This document shows, piece after piece, positions 36,801 to 45,911 of a stretch of 64,000 nucleotides of DNA. Origin of the DNA: a virus (taxonomy: Duplodnaviria; Caudoviricetes). The stretch is taken from IMG/VR virus record IMGVR_UViG_3300037477_000009, positions 1 through 64,000 of that record; one strand, given 5' to 3'. Below the pieces are notes generated by a model. It saw only the letters and a program-made list of their open reading frames with translations, was not told where the DNA came from and did no database searches. The position numbers and the translations under genes were made by a program. The first letter of the stretch is position 1. The number at the start of each line of letters is the position of its first letter.

Positions 36801-37324
36801 AGTCTTGGATTAGTTGGAGTGATACCTGTCGGAATGATATACGGCAGCACATCGGTAACGTATGACGGGTGATTTGCTTTGATACCTGCTTCGATGTTAA
36901 TGATCTTGATCTCCTGGTTGTCATCTGTGTAAATGAGAAGATCACCATAGACCTTCGCTTGTATCAAAGAGTTCTTGCTGAAATTAAGATCGGCCTGAGT
37001 TTGATCAAGCACCTGGTATACGAGTCCATCTCTGCGGTCATAGCATTTGATCAGGTTGCCATTACCATCTTCGTAAAACAGAAAATAAATAATGCGCCTT
37101 CGTTCTTCATCTTCCACAGCGCACAGTGGTACATGGTTGCGGCCAGGCGCAGAAGGAAGCGATTCTATTGGAGTCGTTCCACCAACGGACTCTAATCGCA
37201 AAGCACTTCCAACATCGGTTGTACCGATGCGAAAGTTTTCCGCATTGATATAGTCAGTCTCTGCCAGGAGATTAACATCATCATCGGCATTCAATCCTTG
37301 AAAATATTTTTTTTCAAGTTGCAT
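33848..37324 (-). CDS. Tail nozzle/stabilisation protein (P22 gp10/crAss muzzle-like), N-terminal part
   Basis: MQLEKKYFQGLNADDD...YINAENFRI start, beta-propeller-like repeats, YGTQNAESV and YWFDAANG motifs; follows the ring genes. Confidence 0.75.
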   Translation of the reverse strand: MQLEKKYFQGLNADDDVNLLAETDYINAENFRIGTTDVGSALRLESVGGTTPIESLPSAPGRNHVPLCAVEDEERRRIIYFLFYEDGNGNLIKCYDRRDGLVYQVLDQTQADLNFSKNSLIQAKVYGDLLIYTDDNQEIKIINIEAGIKANHPSYVTDVLPYIIPTGITPTNPRLAHEDITLLRRPPIYAPLTVKELDTTYPINGIKEQAFQFAWRYFYRDYQYSVLGIYSKLENYNAKDLTPTTPDDLKKIKVTMSLDEKIPQTVHRVELLVKNMDTLAVQAIQVWDKSDPDQEALITNHNTAAIPLVTWFFNDKTGISVSSEEFSKPEENIPRKCKTLDTARKRLFLANYLEGFNTPTKSSLTLTLIDANLTSTITGVKVFLWHCSYVNFPAAADKFSSSYMVYLDTVANVGWYQLPGAVVGSSQWPVLGAVPTTISYSALQFAGTTEAAAAGFNIPAGYDGYSFYNYTDTTSTATVTDLVIGDHAKLFKTNSSIQLGIGFYDRLRRRIGMFTDNRTNTLAQPNGGVMIIPDRKFTGTVFQSAIRWNLIGGAVPAEIPAEAYYYGLVMTKNLRTRYFVQTYVDDCRYATKNPQDGTVTIDNTSLSASGKTYVAIDLGSLLKDGMGWEISPGDIARVYYSDMVNYPPVNLSVVGMQGKHILCEWYDFGTFAPTSKMIVELFIPYKRSDQEDFFEIGEMYKVNTPGTATRSYNTLTGTIQGDTHLLERASGATIPATYFAESMSTNDKFWQRWHDDTGKVFPNIQGKEIRKPYSIAFSNVFVIGTQTNGLSSFEILDTEDVSPESGAIQKLLLTSKVQDDGTVMLVICWAETMTMYLGEAQISDAASTAFFVKSEGVIGSINALRGSYGTQNAESVVLHRGQAYWFDAANGCFVRYDVNGLFPISDYKMKRVAKLIGETYMSLTQADIETLGNRPFIFGGVDPHHNEVLWAIPKLGVPPKGYLNDYPLSYVDAIGQVTITNVGDNGDKIEVFVVDPLYGKLSLGYYVKQATDTDVTILATSVKNVLALNNYGYVVTNTAGVISIKARPNLGEIMNIGSRLSVQITPISVVVVTWRGVNPVCVKDGSGDNTGMKRYVSRERVLDSVPSGYTELNTPGSDFVPNAPDTTLCPLPPPAATNFLLINTTEKVLVNSVDKIKI

Positions 37325-37626
37325 TACTCTCGTTTAGGAATTGCTTCAATGTCATCAATCGGTAGCGGTTCTTTTCCAAAAACATCTATCAATCTTTGAA
37401 ATAACTCATTCGGATTCGGAATAGGTGACCATCCATCAACAAGACCGATCTCCTGTGCAGGTATTTCAAGTCGAATGATATAGGATGAAACCTGGCGAAT
37501 TATCAGCCTGTTTTTTGAATCGCCTGTCATATGCAGACTGACTTCATCATGCGGAAACATCCATTGCGCACCTGAATCATGCATGACCTTAGTGCCATAC
37601 TTTACCTTGTAAAAATCATAAGGCAT
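37324..37626 (-). CDS. Hypothetical protein (about 100 aa)
   Basis: Start reassigned to MPYDFYK at 37626, which removes the overlap with the upstream ORF. Confidence 0.55.
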   Translation of the reverse strand: MPYDFYKVKYGTKVMHDSGAQWMFPHDEVSLHMTGDSKNRLIIRQVSSYIIRLEIPAQEIGLVDGWSPIPNPNELFQRLIDVFGKEPLPIDDIEAIPKRE

Positions 37627-37636
37627 ATGATCTCGT

Positions 37637-37924
37637 TTAATCAAGTGTGAATGCTGCGCCCACTGCTTCCATTGCTGCAAGTACATCACCTGCTGGTGGT
37701 ACTTCTTCTTCGATCTCCAGTTCTGCAAGAGGAATTTCTATTTGCATCCACCCTGCTTTTATCAAAAGCACATCACCAACAGAACTTCCATCTGCTGATA
37801 TAGAAAGTCCGACATGATCGTTGAATGCCCATGCTTGTTTAACGACTTCTGTTACTCCATCTTCGGCCATTTCAACTTTTGTGAGTAATGCACCATAGTC
37901 TTTTTTTGCAAGTTTGTAGCCCAT
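37637..37924 (-). CDS. Hypothetical protein (95 aa)
   Basis: ORF in the tail operon. Confidence 0.6.
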   Translation of the reverse strand: MGYKLAKKDYGALLTKVEMAEDGVTEVVKQAWAFNDHVGLSISADGSSVGDVLLIKAGWMQIEIPLAELEIEEEVPPAGDVLAAMEAVGAAFTLD

Positions 37925-37951
37925 TTGATTTAAGTTTTATATTGTTAATGA

Positions 37952-38707
37952 TTAAAAACCTTTGTATGTACCACTGTAACCTTTTCTGGCTGCATGAACA
38001 ACATCTTCACAAGTCATCTTATTCATTCTTGCTTTCAATACTCTCAACTGCTTGTCGTATTGATCCGCTTCGTATGCGACCTCTCCTGGTTGATATCCCC
38101 TGTTGTTCGCTTTCATCTGCCAGATGATATAAGCCTCTACTGCTGCTTGTGCATACGGATTAATATTTGTTGCTGCATCGCATCCTTGTCCACCATCCAT
38201 GTAGTCGATGATAATATCCGGATAAGGGAAGCCAGGATCGAGTTGTATTTCATTGCGCTCCGGTATCTCCAAATAATTCAATCCTGCTTTGCCAGGATTG
38301 TGATTAAATATTCCACCATCATGTTCTCCCCAAATATTTTCATCCCATATGCTTGCTTCAAAACTTGAAATAATATTACCATCAGGCCATACATCTTCGT
38401 ATGGAATTTTCTCTCCCTTGCTGTTGTAGTTATTCAGCCGATTCATATTATCCTCTGATGCCATTGGGTGCAGGTACTGGCCAGCAGCTACACCTACACG
38501 AATAAGATCAACATAGTCGCAGGGAAGCGTGACTGCTTTGTAAGAGTTCACTGGCAACTTCACTGACTTCACATTCTTCAGTATATCAAAATGCATTTCA
38601 CGCAGACCATCTGATCCGTACTTCAGGAAGTCGATGTACCAATGAACAGGATACTTCCTTCTTAGAAGGACACTGTTGACGATTGTATCGAGTGTAACAA
38701 ATTGCAT
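37952..38707 (-). CDS. Tail ring/adaptor protein (P22 gp4-like)
   Basis: MQFVTLDTIVNSVLL...IIIDYMDGG...INPYAQAAVEAYIIW; lies upstream of the nozzle. Confidence 0.65.
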   Translation of the reverse strand: MQFVTLDTIVNSVLLRRKYPVHWYIDFLKYGSDGLREMHFDILKNVKSVKLPVNSYKAVTLPCDYVDLIRVGVAAGQYLHPMASEDNMNRLNNYNSKGEKIPYEDVWPDGNIISSFEASIWDENIWGEHDGGIFNHNPGKAGLNYLEIPERNEIQLDPGFPYPDIIIDYMDGGQGCDAATNINPYAQAAVEAYIIWQMKANNRGYQPGEVAYEADQYDKQLRVLKARMNKMTCEDVVHAARKGYSGTYKGF

Positions 38708-38709
38708 TG

Positions 38710-39357
38710 TTATTGTTTGAGTAACCTGTTATCAGTAACACTTGTTGCGATCTCAGGAGTCGGTTGTTCTACTGAGAATAATTTCAATACATCCATTACC
38801 ACTTGTTGTTCCATCTCTGCATCGATTGGCAGCAGATCATAATCTGTATATAAACTCAAGTCCATTACTACCAGTTGTATCATCACTGCTGTGATCGGTG
38901 TAGACAATGCAGTTAAGTCTTTGTCATACCATATTTCTTTCCCCGCCACTTCGTATCCATGCTGACCAAGCAGATCACTCATTATCTTCTGCGTTTTCAC
39001 TTGAGCGATCTCGCCTCTGCGCATTGGAATAAACCGACAAAAAACATTGGTGGTAATTCCGATATGGAACACACCAATGTTTCTTGGTAGTTTAATTGGT
39101 ATGGCAGGTAGTATTGATTTAGAAATTCCGTTCCAGGCTGTAACAGGAACTGATGCATACGTTGCAAGCACACAACCTTCCGGTACAGTTTCACCGCCTG
39201 GTAATGTCTCTTTGAAGTATTGCGTGTGCAGCAGCGCATTGATCGATTGCCTGATCGCATCTTCCACTTCCTTCGCATGGATAGATGAGCCAACAGCACG
39301 ATCACCTGCGTTTATATGTCGCAGCACTCTTTCAGACAAGACTTTTATCGTAGGCAT
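38710..39357 (-). CDS. Tail ring/adaptor protein
   Basis: 215 aa; C-terminal LLPIDAEMEQQVVMDVL; tandem with two similar-sized genes. Confidence 0.6.
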   Translation of the reverse strand: MPTIKVLSERVLRHINAGDRAVGSSIHAKEVEDAIRQSINALLHTQYFKETLPGGETVPEGCVLATYASVPVTAWNGISKSILPAIPIKLPRNIGVFHIGITTNVFCRFIPMRRGEIAQVKTQKIMSDLLGQHGYEVAGKEIWYDKDLTALSTPITAVMIQLVVMDLSLYTDYDLLPIDAEMEQQVVMDVLKLFSVEQPTPEIATSVTDNRLLKQ

Positions 39358-40010
39358 TATGCAACTGATTTATCTTTCGCATCACCCACTTGTATCGCTT
39401 CACCATCTTTGAGGTTGATACCAAGTAGGCTCAGTGTTTTATAAATTATTTTTTCTATTGATGGATCATCCCATTCAAGCTGTGTTGATGCATTTTGATT
39501 GTATACAAGCTGCCTCCCATTTGGAGTATAAACAAACACTGGTGCTGCTGGCTTGCGCAGATAATAAACTGTTCCTGCTGATGGTACTGCTGGATACAGT
39601 TGCACTTTCTTTCCTTTCTTCAGCAAGCACACTGGAGTCTTTACACTGAGCGGTATCAACTGAGATGATCTGCGTGTTGATATCTGTGATTCATTCAGCA
39701 GTTCTGCTGCCAGGTACAGCGTAGTCGTGCCATCAAGTATTTGTGTTTCTACTGCAAGCAGGTGTTGGTAGTTGGCAGGTAGTGTGATCAGTCCACCTGG
39801 TGATGCTGCATTGGAAAAACCATACTCTTCTTTGAACGGCAGCAGTGAGTCATGCACCTTTTGTGTTGCGCCATACTGTGGTGCGAGTTGTGTGAAGAGT
39901 TCCAGTTGCGCATCATCAAGCGTGTTATCCAGTTCGCCTGGTGGATACCAGTCGTTCTTAGATTTATCAATGTAGAAGCGCAGACGATTATGAACAATCT
40001 GTAAATCCAT
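39357..40010 (-). CDS. Tail ring/adaptor protein
   Basis: PGELDNTLDDAQLELF...VYYLRKP...LEWDDP...IIYKTL ring-protein pattern. Confidence 0.65.
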   Translation of the reverse strand: MDLQIVHNRLRFYIDKSKNDWYPPGELDNTLDDAQLELFTQLAPQYGATQKVHDSLLPFKEEYGFSNAASPGGLITLPANYQHLLAVETQILDGTTTLYLAAELLNESQISTRRSSQLIPLSVKTPVCLLKKGKKVQLYPAVPSAGTVYYLRKPAAPVFVYTPNGRQLVYNQNASTQLEWDDPSIEKIIYKTLSLLGINLKDGEAIQVGDAKDKSVA

Positions 40011-40663
40011 TAAGCGATTTTTTTAGCGATGATGCGATCTTGTTCAAGCACTAACCACTTCCTTCCTTTGATGTCATAGTGTTGCACGAAGCGTGGATCG
40101 TATATGACTATGTCACCCTCACTCACATCAACAGGCTCTTGATTCTTTAGCGGATGGCCAATGTGAATGACCTTCGACATTCCTTTTGTTTCCAGTTCCT
40201 GCATATTGTCCGGTATAACAATTCCACCACTGGTTTTTTCTTGCTTCGTTTCATTCAGTGGATTCATGTATACATAACCAGCAGCAGGAATTATCGTTCC
40301 ATCGATCTGAGAAATAAATCCAAGCACCCATCTTGCGTGAACCTTCCAATATGATTTGCCATTGATCGTTACTTCGTTATTGTGTTCTGCGCTGCGATCC
40401 GTATGGCGATTCCAATCTGTGATCACCAGGTAAGAGAAGATCACCTGGTCACCAGGCTTTCCTTCTATTACCAAATGTTTTGTATCGATGGCAGGTGCGA
40501 TCCTTGCTGGCACTGAAACAATTCTGCCTGTTATTGTCGCATACTCTTCAGGATGATAAGTGGTATCACGATAAAGTAACACGCCACTTTGCGTTTCAAC
40601 TTTGTCCTGAAATTTTTCTTCGATCTCCACCAAAAAATAATCAACCGGACATATTGGCTTCAT
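40010..40663 (-). CDS. Tandem two-domain GroES-like co-chaperonin
   Basis: Two Cpn10-like units: KPICPVDYFLV...ETQSGVLL...PGDQVIF and PAAGYVYM...KTSGGIVIPD...EGDIVIY...DRIIAK. Confidence 0.75.
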   Translation of the reverse strand: MKPICPVDYFLVEIEEKFQDKVETQSGVLLYRDTTYHPEEYATITGRIVSVPARIAPAIDTKHLVIEGKPGDQVIFSYLVITDWNRHTDRSAEHNNEVTINGKSYWKVHARWVLGFISQIDGTIIPAAGYVYMNPLNETKQEKTSGGIVIPDNMQELETKGMSKVIHIGHPLKNQEPVDVSEGDIVIYDPRFVQHYDIKGRKWLVLEQDRIIAKKIA

Positions 40664-40684
40664 GTGTAACGGCTTTACTCACTT

Positions 40685-40762
40685 CAAAGATATAATTTGT
40701 ATCCACCACAAATATCAAAAATCGAGGGCGAAAGTTTTGGAGGGATACATTTTATATCTTTG
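40685..40762. promoter_or_regulatory. Divergent promoter pair at the strand switch
   Basis: TATCTTTG on the minus strand (40685-40692) and the plus strand (40755-40762), each overlapped by a 17-bp palindrome (40688-40704, 40743-40759). Confidence 0.7.
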
Positions 40763-40876
40763 AGCCAGCAACTCGATCTCAAATCATACATTAATCTTCT
40801 TCGATGTATAGTTTTGTGCCGCAGATAGAAGGTGGTTTCAACCACCTTCACCATCGGCACTTTAAAAAAAAAGAGT

Positions 40877-41146
40877 ATGGTTACAATACACCCTGTAGGC
40901 TCAATGATACTGGTCGAACCGGAGACAAAACCGGAAACAACAAAGAGTGGACTCATCATTCCTGACTCAGCGAAAGAGCGGCCAGCCAGAGCAAAAGTTT
41001 TAGAAGTACCTACCAAACTGGAAACAGTTGTCAAGCCAGGCGATACAATTTTCTTCCCACCTAATGCACTCAAACAATTTGTGGTAGACGATCAGCTACA
41101 CTCTGCTGTGGCTGAAGAAAATATTTATTGCTATGAAACTACTTGA
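40877..41146 (+). CDS. groES: GroES (Cpn10) co-chaperonin
   Basis: Start at 40877: IHPVGSMILV...ETTKSGLIIPDSAKERP...VKPGDTIFF. Confidence 0.85.
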   Translation: MVTIHPVGSMILVEPETKPETTKSGLIIPDSAKERPARAKVLEVPTKLETVVKPGDTIFFPPNALKQFVVDDQLHSAVAEENIYCYETT

Positions 41147-41381
41147 TACCATAACTGCCAATTACGAAGATGAAGAGATACTCAAGGCCGATGGCTTTGA
41201 TGCAGCGATCATCGGTATTGAACTACCATCCATGCGGCTGATCTACTCAGTAAAAAAATGCATCAAGATTCTGATGAAGGATATGAGTTACGAAGATGCG
41301 GTTGAGCATTTTGAATTCAATGTGTCGGGTGCATATGTTGGTGAACAAACTCCGATTTGGTGTCACGATGATTTTCTATAA
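41133..41381 (+). CDS. Hypothetical protein (82 aa)
   Basis: ORF overlapping the end of groES; DGFDAAIIG...YEDAVEHFEFNV. Confidence 0.65.
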   Translation: MKLLDTITANYEDEEILKADGFDAAIIGIELPSMRLIYSVKKCIKILMKDMSYEDAVEHFEFNVSGAYVGEQTPIWCHDDFL

Positions 41382-41404
41382 TTTTACATAGAAAACTATA
41401 CAAT

Positions 41405-41674
41405 ATGCATTCCGATGACATACCTCCACTGGAGGAACTTGAAGAAGTGGAACTTGAACTCGATGATAAGATCACTGTTAAAATCTTCACCAATCTTGGC
41501 GGCTTCCTTGATCCAGCAGTAATGAACTGGCTTGCCAGGACTACCGACTACACAGCAGAATCATTTGCCTCATATGTCAAGAGCAAGCGTGACAAAGGTT
41601 ACACCGACCATTGGGTGCTTACTGAACAGCAGTATGCACAAGTATTATCTGATCATCAAAAAAAACAACAATGA
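41405..41674 (+). CDS. Hypothetical protein
   Basis: AAACTATAC start motif upstream. Confidence 0.6.
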   Translation: MHSDDIPPLEELEEVELELDDKITVKIFTNLGGFLDPAVMNWLARTTDYTAESFASYVKSKRDKGYTDHWVLTEQQYAQVLSDHQKKQQ

Positions 41675-42003
41675 GAAAGAGATCATTCACACCCACCCTG
41701 CTTATATACACAGGGTTATTCTTCCTGGCTGTTGGTGTTATTGAAATAATCATGGGTATCAAAAATACCAACAGCACTGTACTCGGTACGATCTACATTA
41801 CGACAGCCATTATCGTTTCAGCAATTGAAGCATATTCGCTGCCGCTCCAAATCACCAACAACATCAAACCGGAAGTTATTGACCTGCTTGAATGGTCGAA
41901 CAACAATATTCCCAACAGTGATCACCCTGATTTGTGTGCTGAGTTCGTAAAAGAGTTCAGAAAGCGATATAACACTGCTATACAAACAGATAACCAAAAA
42001 TGA
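41671..42003 (+). CDS. Small 2-TM membrane protein
   Basis: Two hydrophobic helices; 4-bp overlap with the previous gene. Confidence 0.55.
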   Translation: MRKRSFTPTLLIYTGLFFLAVGVIEIIMGIKNTNSTVLGTIYITTAIIVSAIEAYSLPLQITNNIKPEVIDLLEWSNNNIPNSDHPDLCAEFVKEFRKRYNTAIQTDNQK

Positions 42004-42187
42004 TACAGTATGCATAGACTATACATAGTCTTTATATAGTATATGGATGGTCTATGGATATAGTAATACTAATACTAAGAGTAAGACTAATACTAAAAGA
42101 ATATATATACATCAGGCACAAATAAAAATTCAAAACCCTGTGCTTGTTTCTACAGAATTCTATAACTTGGATGTAAACTATACATGA

Positions 42188-42682
42188 ATGCCCGACTTCA
42201 TAATTCCAAAAGAACTGGCACATCTCAAGATCGATGAACGTGGTTATCCAGTTCCCTTCTTTGTTCCGTATGTCAACGGCAAGCCAAACTTCAGATTCAC
42301 TGATCACGAAAAAATATGGGAAAGCGTAGAAAGCAATCGCTGTGGTGTATGCGGTAAGAAACTTTACAAAGACTATTCCTACATCATCACTGGTGTGATC
42401 GGCATGGGTAATCGTGTATCCAGTGATGCAGCCATGCACAGGGTGTGCGCTGAGTTCGCACTGGTATCATGTCCACATATGTTTTACGAGAAGGCAACAC
42501 GCAAAGAAGATGCACCAAGTGAACAGCAGTCATACCTGCTTACGCACAAGGTCGATGAAGTAATGCTGGTAAGGTGCAAGACAAAGTTCAAATGGATAGA
42601 AAGAAATCGCTGTATTTTTGGATACACTTATGTCTCGCATGAAGTGTATCATTACATCAATGGTAAACTTGAAAAAAAATGA
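42188..42682 (+). CDS. Cys/His-rich phage hypothetical protein
   Basis: GYPVPFFV...CGVCG...MHRVCAEFALVSCP, a probable Zn-binding pattern. Confidence 0.7.
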   Translation: MPDFIIPKELAHLKIDERGYPVPFFVPYVNGKPNFRFTDHEKIWESVESNRCGVCGKKLYKDYSYIITGVIGMGNRVSSDAAMHRVCAEFALVSCPHMFYEKATRKEDAPSEQQSYLLTHKVDEVMLVRCKTKFKWIERNRCIFGYTYVSHEVYHYINGKLEKK

Positions 42683-43089
42683 GAGCCTTGTTGATCGATG
42701 AAATTACAAGAAAGAAGATTGCTGATGTGATCCGGTATGCAGAAGAAAATGTATACTCGATGGATGATCTGCTGGATATGATCAATGGACAACTACGGCC
42801 ACCAGGTGATGATGTATTTCGTGTGATCGTTATCCCTATTGGTTATCGCACTGTGTACTCACTGGAAGATCAAGCATCTGGAATGTGTAGGCATATCTCT
42901 ATCTCTGTACCGAATTCAGGTAAGCTGCCATCAATACCTGCTGTGCAGATGATCATAAAAGAATTTGGTTTCAAAAACGACCTGGTGATCCCAAGTGATA
43001 TCAACGTACCGATCAAGATCGATGTGGAAGAACTTGGCGATAATCACCAGGCTATTTCAATCATTGAAAAAATTAATGATCATGGATGA
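42679..43089 (+). CDS. Hypothetical protein
   Basis: Coupled ORF containing CRHISISV. Confidence 0.65.
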   Translation: MRALLIDEITRKKIADVIRYAEENVYSMDDLLDMINGQLRPPGDDVFRVIVIPIGYRTVYSLEDQASGMCRHISISVPNSGKLPSIPAVQMIIKEFGFKNDLVIPSDINVPIKIDVEELGDNHQAISIIEKINDHG

Positions 43090-43405
43090 GGAATTTGTAA
43101 AGAAAGTTTTAGGCCAGGCAATGCAAGGTGGTGAACCTGCGCCTGACAATGCAAATGCACTATGGGAATGCTATAAGCGATTTCTAAAAGAACATCAACC
43201 TGATGTATACTCACTCGTTGAACAGAACGAGATCGTAATGAAGAAACATTTTTTCTTTGGAATAGATATATTCACTTCTGTTGGGAAGTACCTGTACAAT
43301 ACAGGTACTCCAAGAGCAATTGCCGCAGGTGCGATGTATAGGCTTGAACAGGATGTGAAGATTGAGATACAGCGAATGGTTGATGAAGAAAAAAAGAAAA
43401 TATGA
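43082..43405 (+). CDS. Hypothetical protein
   Basis: Start reassigned to MDEEFVKK (43076 also possible). Confidence 0.6.
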   Translation: MDEEFVKKVLGQAMQGGEPAPDNANALWECYKRFLKEHQPDVYSLVEQNEIVMKKHFFFGIDIFTSVGKYLYNTGTPRAIAAGAMYRLEQDVKIEIQRMVDEEKKKI

Positions 43406-43692
43406 AACCACAACAAGGCTTGTTACCAGGTAATGCAAAGTGTCCACGCTGTGGTGGTGGCGCAGATGGTTATACTAAGACACAGATGTCAACACCACCA
43501 CGCACTGGCGATATCACACTCTGCGCCTACTGCGCACACATTGGTGTGTATGAAGTGAAGGATGGCATCTACAGCGTAAGAAGTCCAACGAAGCAAGAGA
43601 TAGAAATATTCTATAAGGAGATACCCGATCTGCATATCAAGGTGCAAAAAATAAAACAATTCGTTCTTAATGAGCAAATGAAAAAGAACTGA
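43402..43692 (+). CDS. Zn-ribbon protein
   Basis: CPRC...CAYC. Confidence 0.65.
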   Translation: MKPQQGLLPGNAKCPRCGGGADGYTKTQMSTPPRTGDITLCAYCAHIGVYEVKDGIYSVRSPTKQEIEIFYKEIPDLHIKVQKIKQFVLNEQMKKN

Positions 43693-44036
43693 TGGCAAGA
43701 AGAAGTTCATACTATAAACTGGTTGATAAAAAGCCTGTGCCATGCACACTACGGGAATATGCAGCGCAGTATAGTGGAGATAGGGATGAAGAACGCATTG
43801 TTAAAAAAACTGAACTACCTGATGGCAGCGAAGTATCAACAGTATTCTTAGGACTTGATCACAACTGGACAGGCAGTTATCCTGTTCTCTTTGAGACGAT
43901 GGTATTTGGTGGTGAGTATCATCACTACACCGAAAGATATCGCACATATGTAGGAGCGGAAGCAGGACATGAACGTACAGTGAAGATGGTGCTTAAAGGA
44001 GTAAAAACTAAAACCGATAACAATGATGAACATTAA
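43692..44036 (+). CDS. Phage hypothetical protein
   Basis: VSTVFLGLDHNW...LFETMVFGG...ERY; 1-bp coupling with the previous gene. Confidence 0.7.
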   Translation: MARRSSYYKLVDKKPVPCTLREYAAQYSGDRDEERIVKKTELPDGSEVSTVFLGLDHNWTGSYPVLFETMVFGGEYHHYTERYRTYVGAEAGHERTVKMVLKGVKTKTDNNDEH

Positions 44037-44289
44037 TGTAAATGATTTTGTAGGAATAGATCATGGCAATGCCAAGATGGATTTATCAAGTCTATCAGAA
44101 AAGAAAGTGGTTGCTGAGATGAGGCCAGTGCAACTGCATCACAAGCGTGATGGCGCACTCGGTGATAAGCCATCCTTCGCTATCGTGTTCGTGTATCCTG
44201 CAATGGACATGGTTGTGTATGGCCAGGTATCACTGGCGATGATGACCAAAGCACTGGATGAGTGTGGTTATAAGCTAACTAAAAAATGA
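44023..44289 (+). CDS. Hypothetical protein
   Basis: Coupled ORF. Confidence 0.6.
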   Translation: MMNINVNDFVGIDHGNAKMDLSSLSEKKVVAEMRPVQLHHKRDGALGDKPSFAIVFVYPAMDMVVYGQVSLAMMTKALDECGYKLTKK

Positions 44290-44531
44290 TTGAGATGAAA
44301 CACATAAACGAGCATAAGCTGTCAAAGAATGTAAGCACTCACATTCGTGAAGGCTTTGATGGATGGCAAGCTGGCTTCACTGTGCAGCAACAGACATTCT
44401 ACCTGCAACCAGTGTCAGCAGAGAAAGGTGATGAAGAAGATACAAGAGCAAAGGCGAAGTGGTATCAGAAGAATCTTGATCTTGCGCTGAATAAAATTTT
44501 GAATAACAAGTACGAAAAATTATTACCATAA
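44286..44531 (+). CDS. Hypothetical protein
   Basis: Coupled ORF. Confidence 0.6.
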   Translation: MIEMKHINEHKLSKNVSTHIREGFDGWQAGFTVQQQTFYLQPVSAEKGDEEDTRAKAKWYQKNLDLALNKILNNKYEKLLP

Positions 44532-44872
44532 TGGAAAAGAAGAAACGATTCGCAGCATACGTTAATAAGTTAGTTGGAATGAATGATGCTGAGATCATAA
44601 AGGAGCAAGCCAAAGTGAAAGCCAGGCTCGATAAACATCGCATCAATCATCTTGGTCAACTGCTTACACAAATAGAATTTTGGTCACAGCGATATGAATT
44701 CTCTTTTCAGTTTTGGGGAGACATTAACAATGTTTACATCAACAAGGATGATGTTGAGATCATGTCAACAGGTGGTCACGTTAGCATCATGGAGTTGCTT
44801 ATAGAGGTAATTGTGTGGTGTGAGAAAGCAAATCCGAGAATTAAATTTCCAAGTGATGAATCCAAACATTAA
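44531..44872 (+). CDS. Hypothetical protein
   Basis: Coupled ORF. Confidence 0.6.
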   Translation: MEKKKRFAAYVNKLVGMNDAEIIKEQAKVKARLDKHRINHLGQLLTQIEFWSQRYEFSFQFWGDINNVYINKDDVEIMSTGGHVSIMELLIEVIVWCEKANPRIKFPSDESKH

Positions 44873-45269
44873 ATGCACTTGTCCATTTGGTAAGCCTGAA
44901 GTTGCTATTGCAGAAGATTGTCCTATACATGGATCGGCAGCTATAATAAAAAAGCGGTTTGAGGACTTGAATCATAAAATCGATTACAGCAACTACGAGC
45001 AGCTTGCAAAAGATGTATGGTTGTTCCTGACCGATGATTCTATGCCTGACAAAGCGAAGATTAAAAAAGCGGCAGCGATCCATGAGATAAAAGTAATGAT
45101 CGAATCAGCAGTATTGTTTCAGCAGGGTGCAGCAGATATAGAAATAAAAAGATTGACAGGATTATTAAGAAAGGTTGTTACAAGGGAGCAATCGGAAGTG
45201 CATCCACGATACCAAACCGAAGCATGGGAAAAGTTTAAAAAAGAATACAACATACATGAATATACCTAA
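44856..45269 (+). CDS. Hypothetical protein with N-terminal CxC...CPIHG motif
   Basis: Start reassigned to MNPNIKCTC. Confidence 0.6.
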   Translation: MNPNIKCTCPFGKPEVAIAEDCPIHGSAAIIKKRFEDLNHKIDYSNYEQLAKDVWLFLTDDSMPDKAKIKKAAAIHEIKVMIESAVLFQQGAADIEIKRLTGLLRKVVTREQSEVHPRYQTEAWEKFKKEYNIHEYT

Positions 45270-45594
45270 AGATGTGCAGGATGCACTTAAAAACGATTAC
45301 AAGCTGATCCCGATGGCTGATATCACTGAAGAAGCAAGAGTGATTGCTGTCAGGTGGATGGAGTGTGGTGATCGTGACTTCATCAGGGAGAAGCATAAAC
45401 TTGCATCTGACATTATGAACTATGCGAGAAGGCACAATGTGAAGCTGCTGCTTGAGCATTTACAGGTGTTGGGTACACTGAATACAAAGTTTTTAGAGGT
45501 CACCCAGAAGTATACTGATGAAGTGATGATGCTTCGTGCAAAGAACATTGCACTCACACAGGAGAATGAACTATTAAAAAACAAGCCAGCATGA
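45256..45594 (+). CDS. Hypothetical coiled-coil protein
   Basis: Start reassigned to MNIPKD. Confidence 0.6.
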   Translation: MNIPKDVQDALKNDYKLIPMADITEEARVIAVRWMECGDRDFIREKHKLASDIMNYARRHNVKLLLEHLQVLGTLNTKFLEVTQKYTDEVMMLRAKNIALTQENELLKNKPA

Positions 45595-45878
45595 GTGAGA
45601 TACTGATTGAATCAATGACACGCTTTACATTCAGGCTATCACCTGGTAAGTTTTATAACATCCGAATGTGGCGGCAGGAAAAAGCGTATAGTGACAGCAG
45701 TTCAGTTGAAGTATATGATATAGCAAGGAAGCTGTTAGAGAATCAAAAGCATTGGTTTAAAGACAAGACAAGTAAGTCCGAAGTTGCACAGGCCTTGCTT
45801 CAGGTGGATCGCATGAATGCAGTGGAAGTGTTGGATGAGATGGGTGATGGTGTGGTGATGTACAAGGATTGGCCTTAG
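45591..45878 (+). CDS. Hypothetical protein
   Basis: Coupled ORF. Confidence 0.6.
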   Translation: MSEILIESMTRFTFRLSPGKFYNIRMWRQEKAYSDSSSVEVYDIARKLLENQKHWFKDKTSKSEVAQALLQVDRMNAVEVLDEMGDGVVMYKDWP

Positions 45879-45893
45879 ATATAAACTATATCC
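45877..45893. promoter_or_regulatory. 17-bp palindromic operator (1 mismatch)
   Basis: AGATATA-AAC-TATATCC, intergenic. Confidence 0.65.
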
Positions 45894-45911
45894 AAATATA
45901 AAACCAAAACA

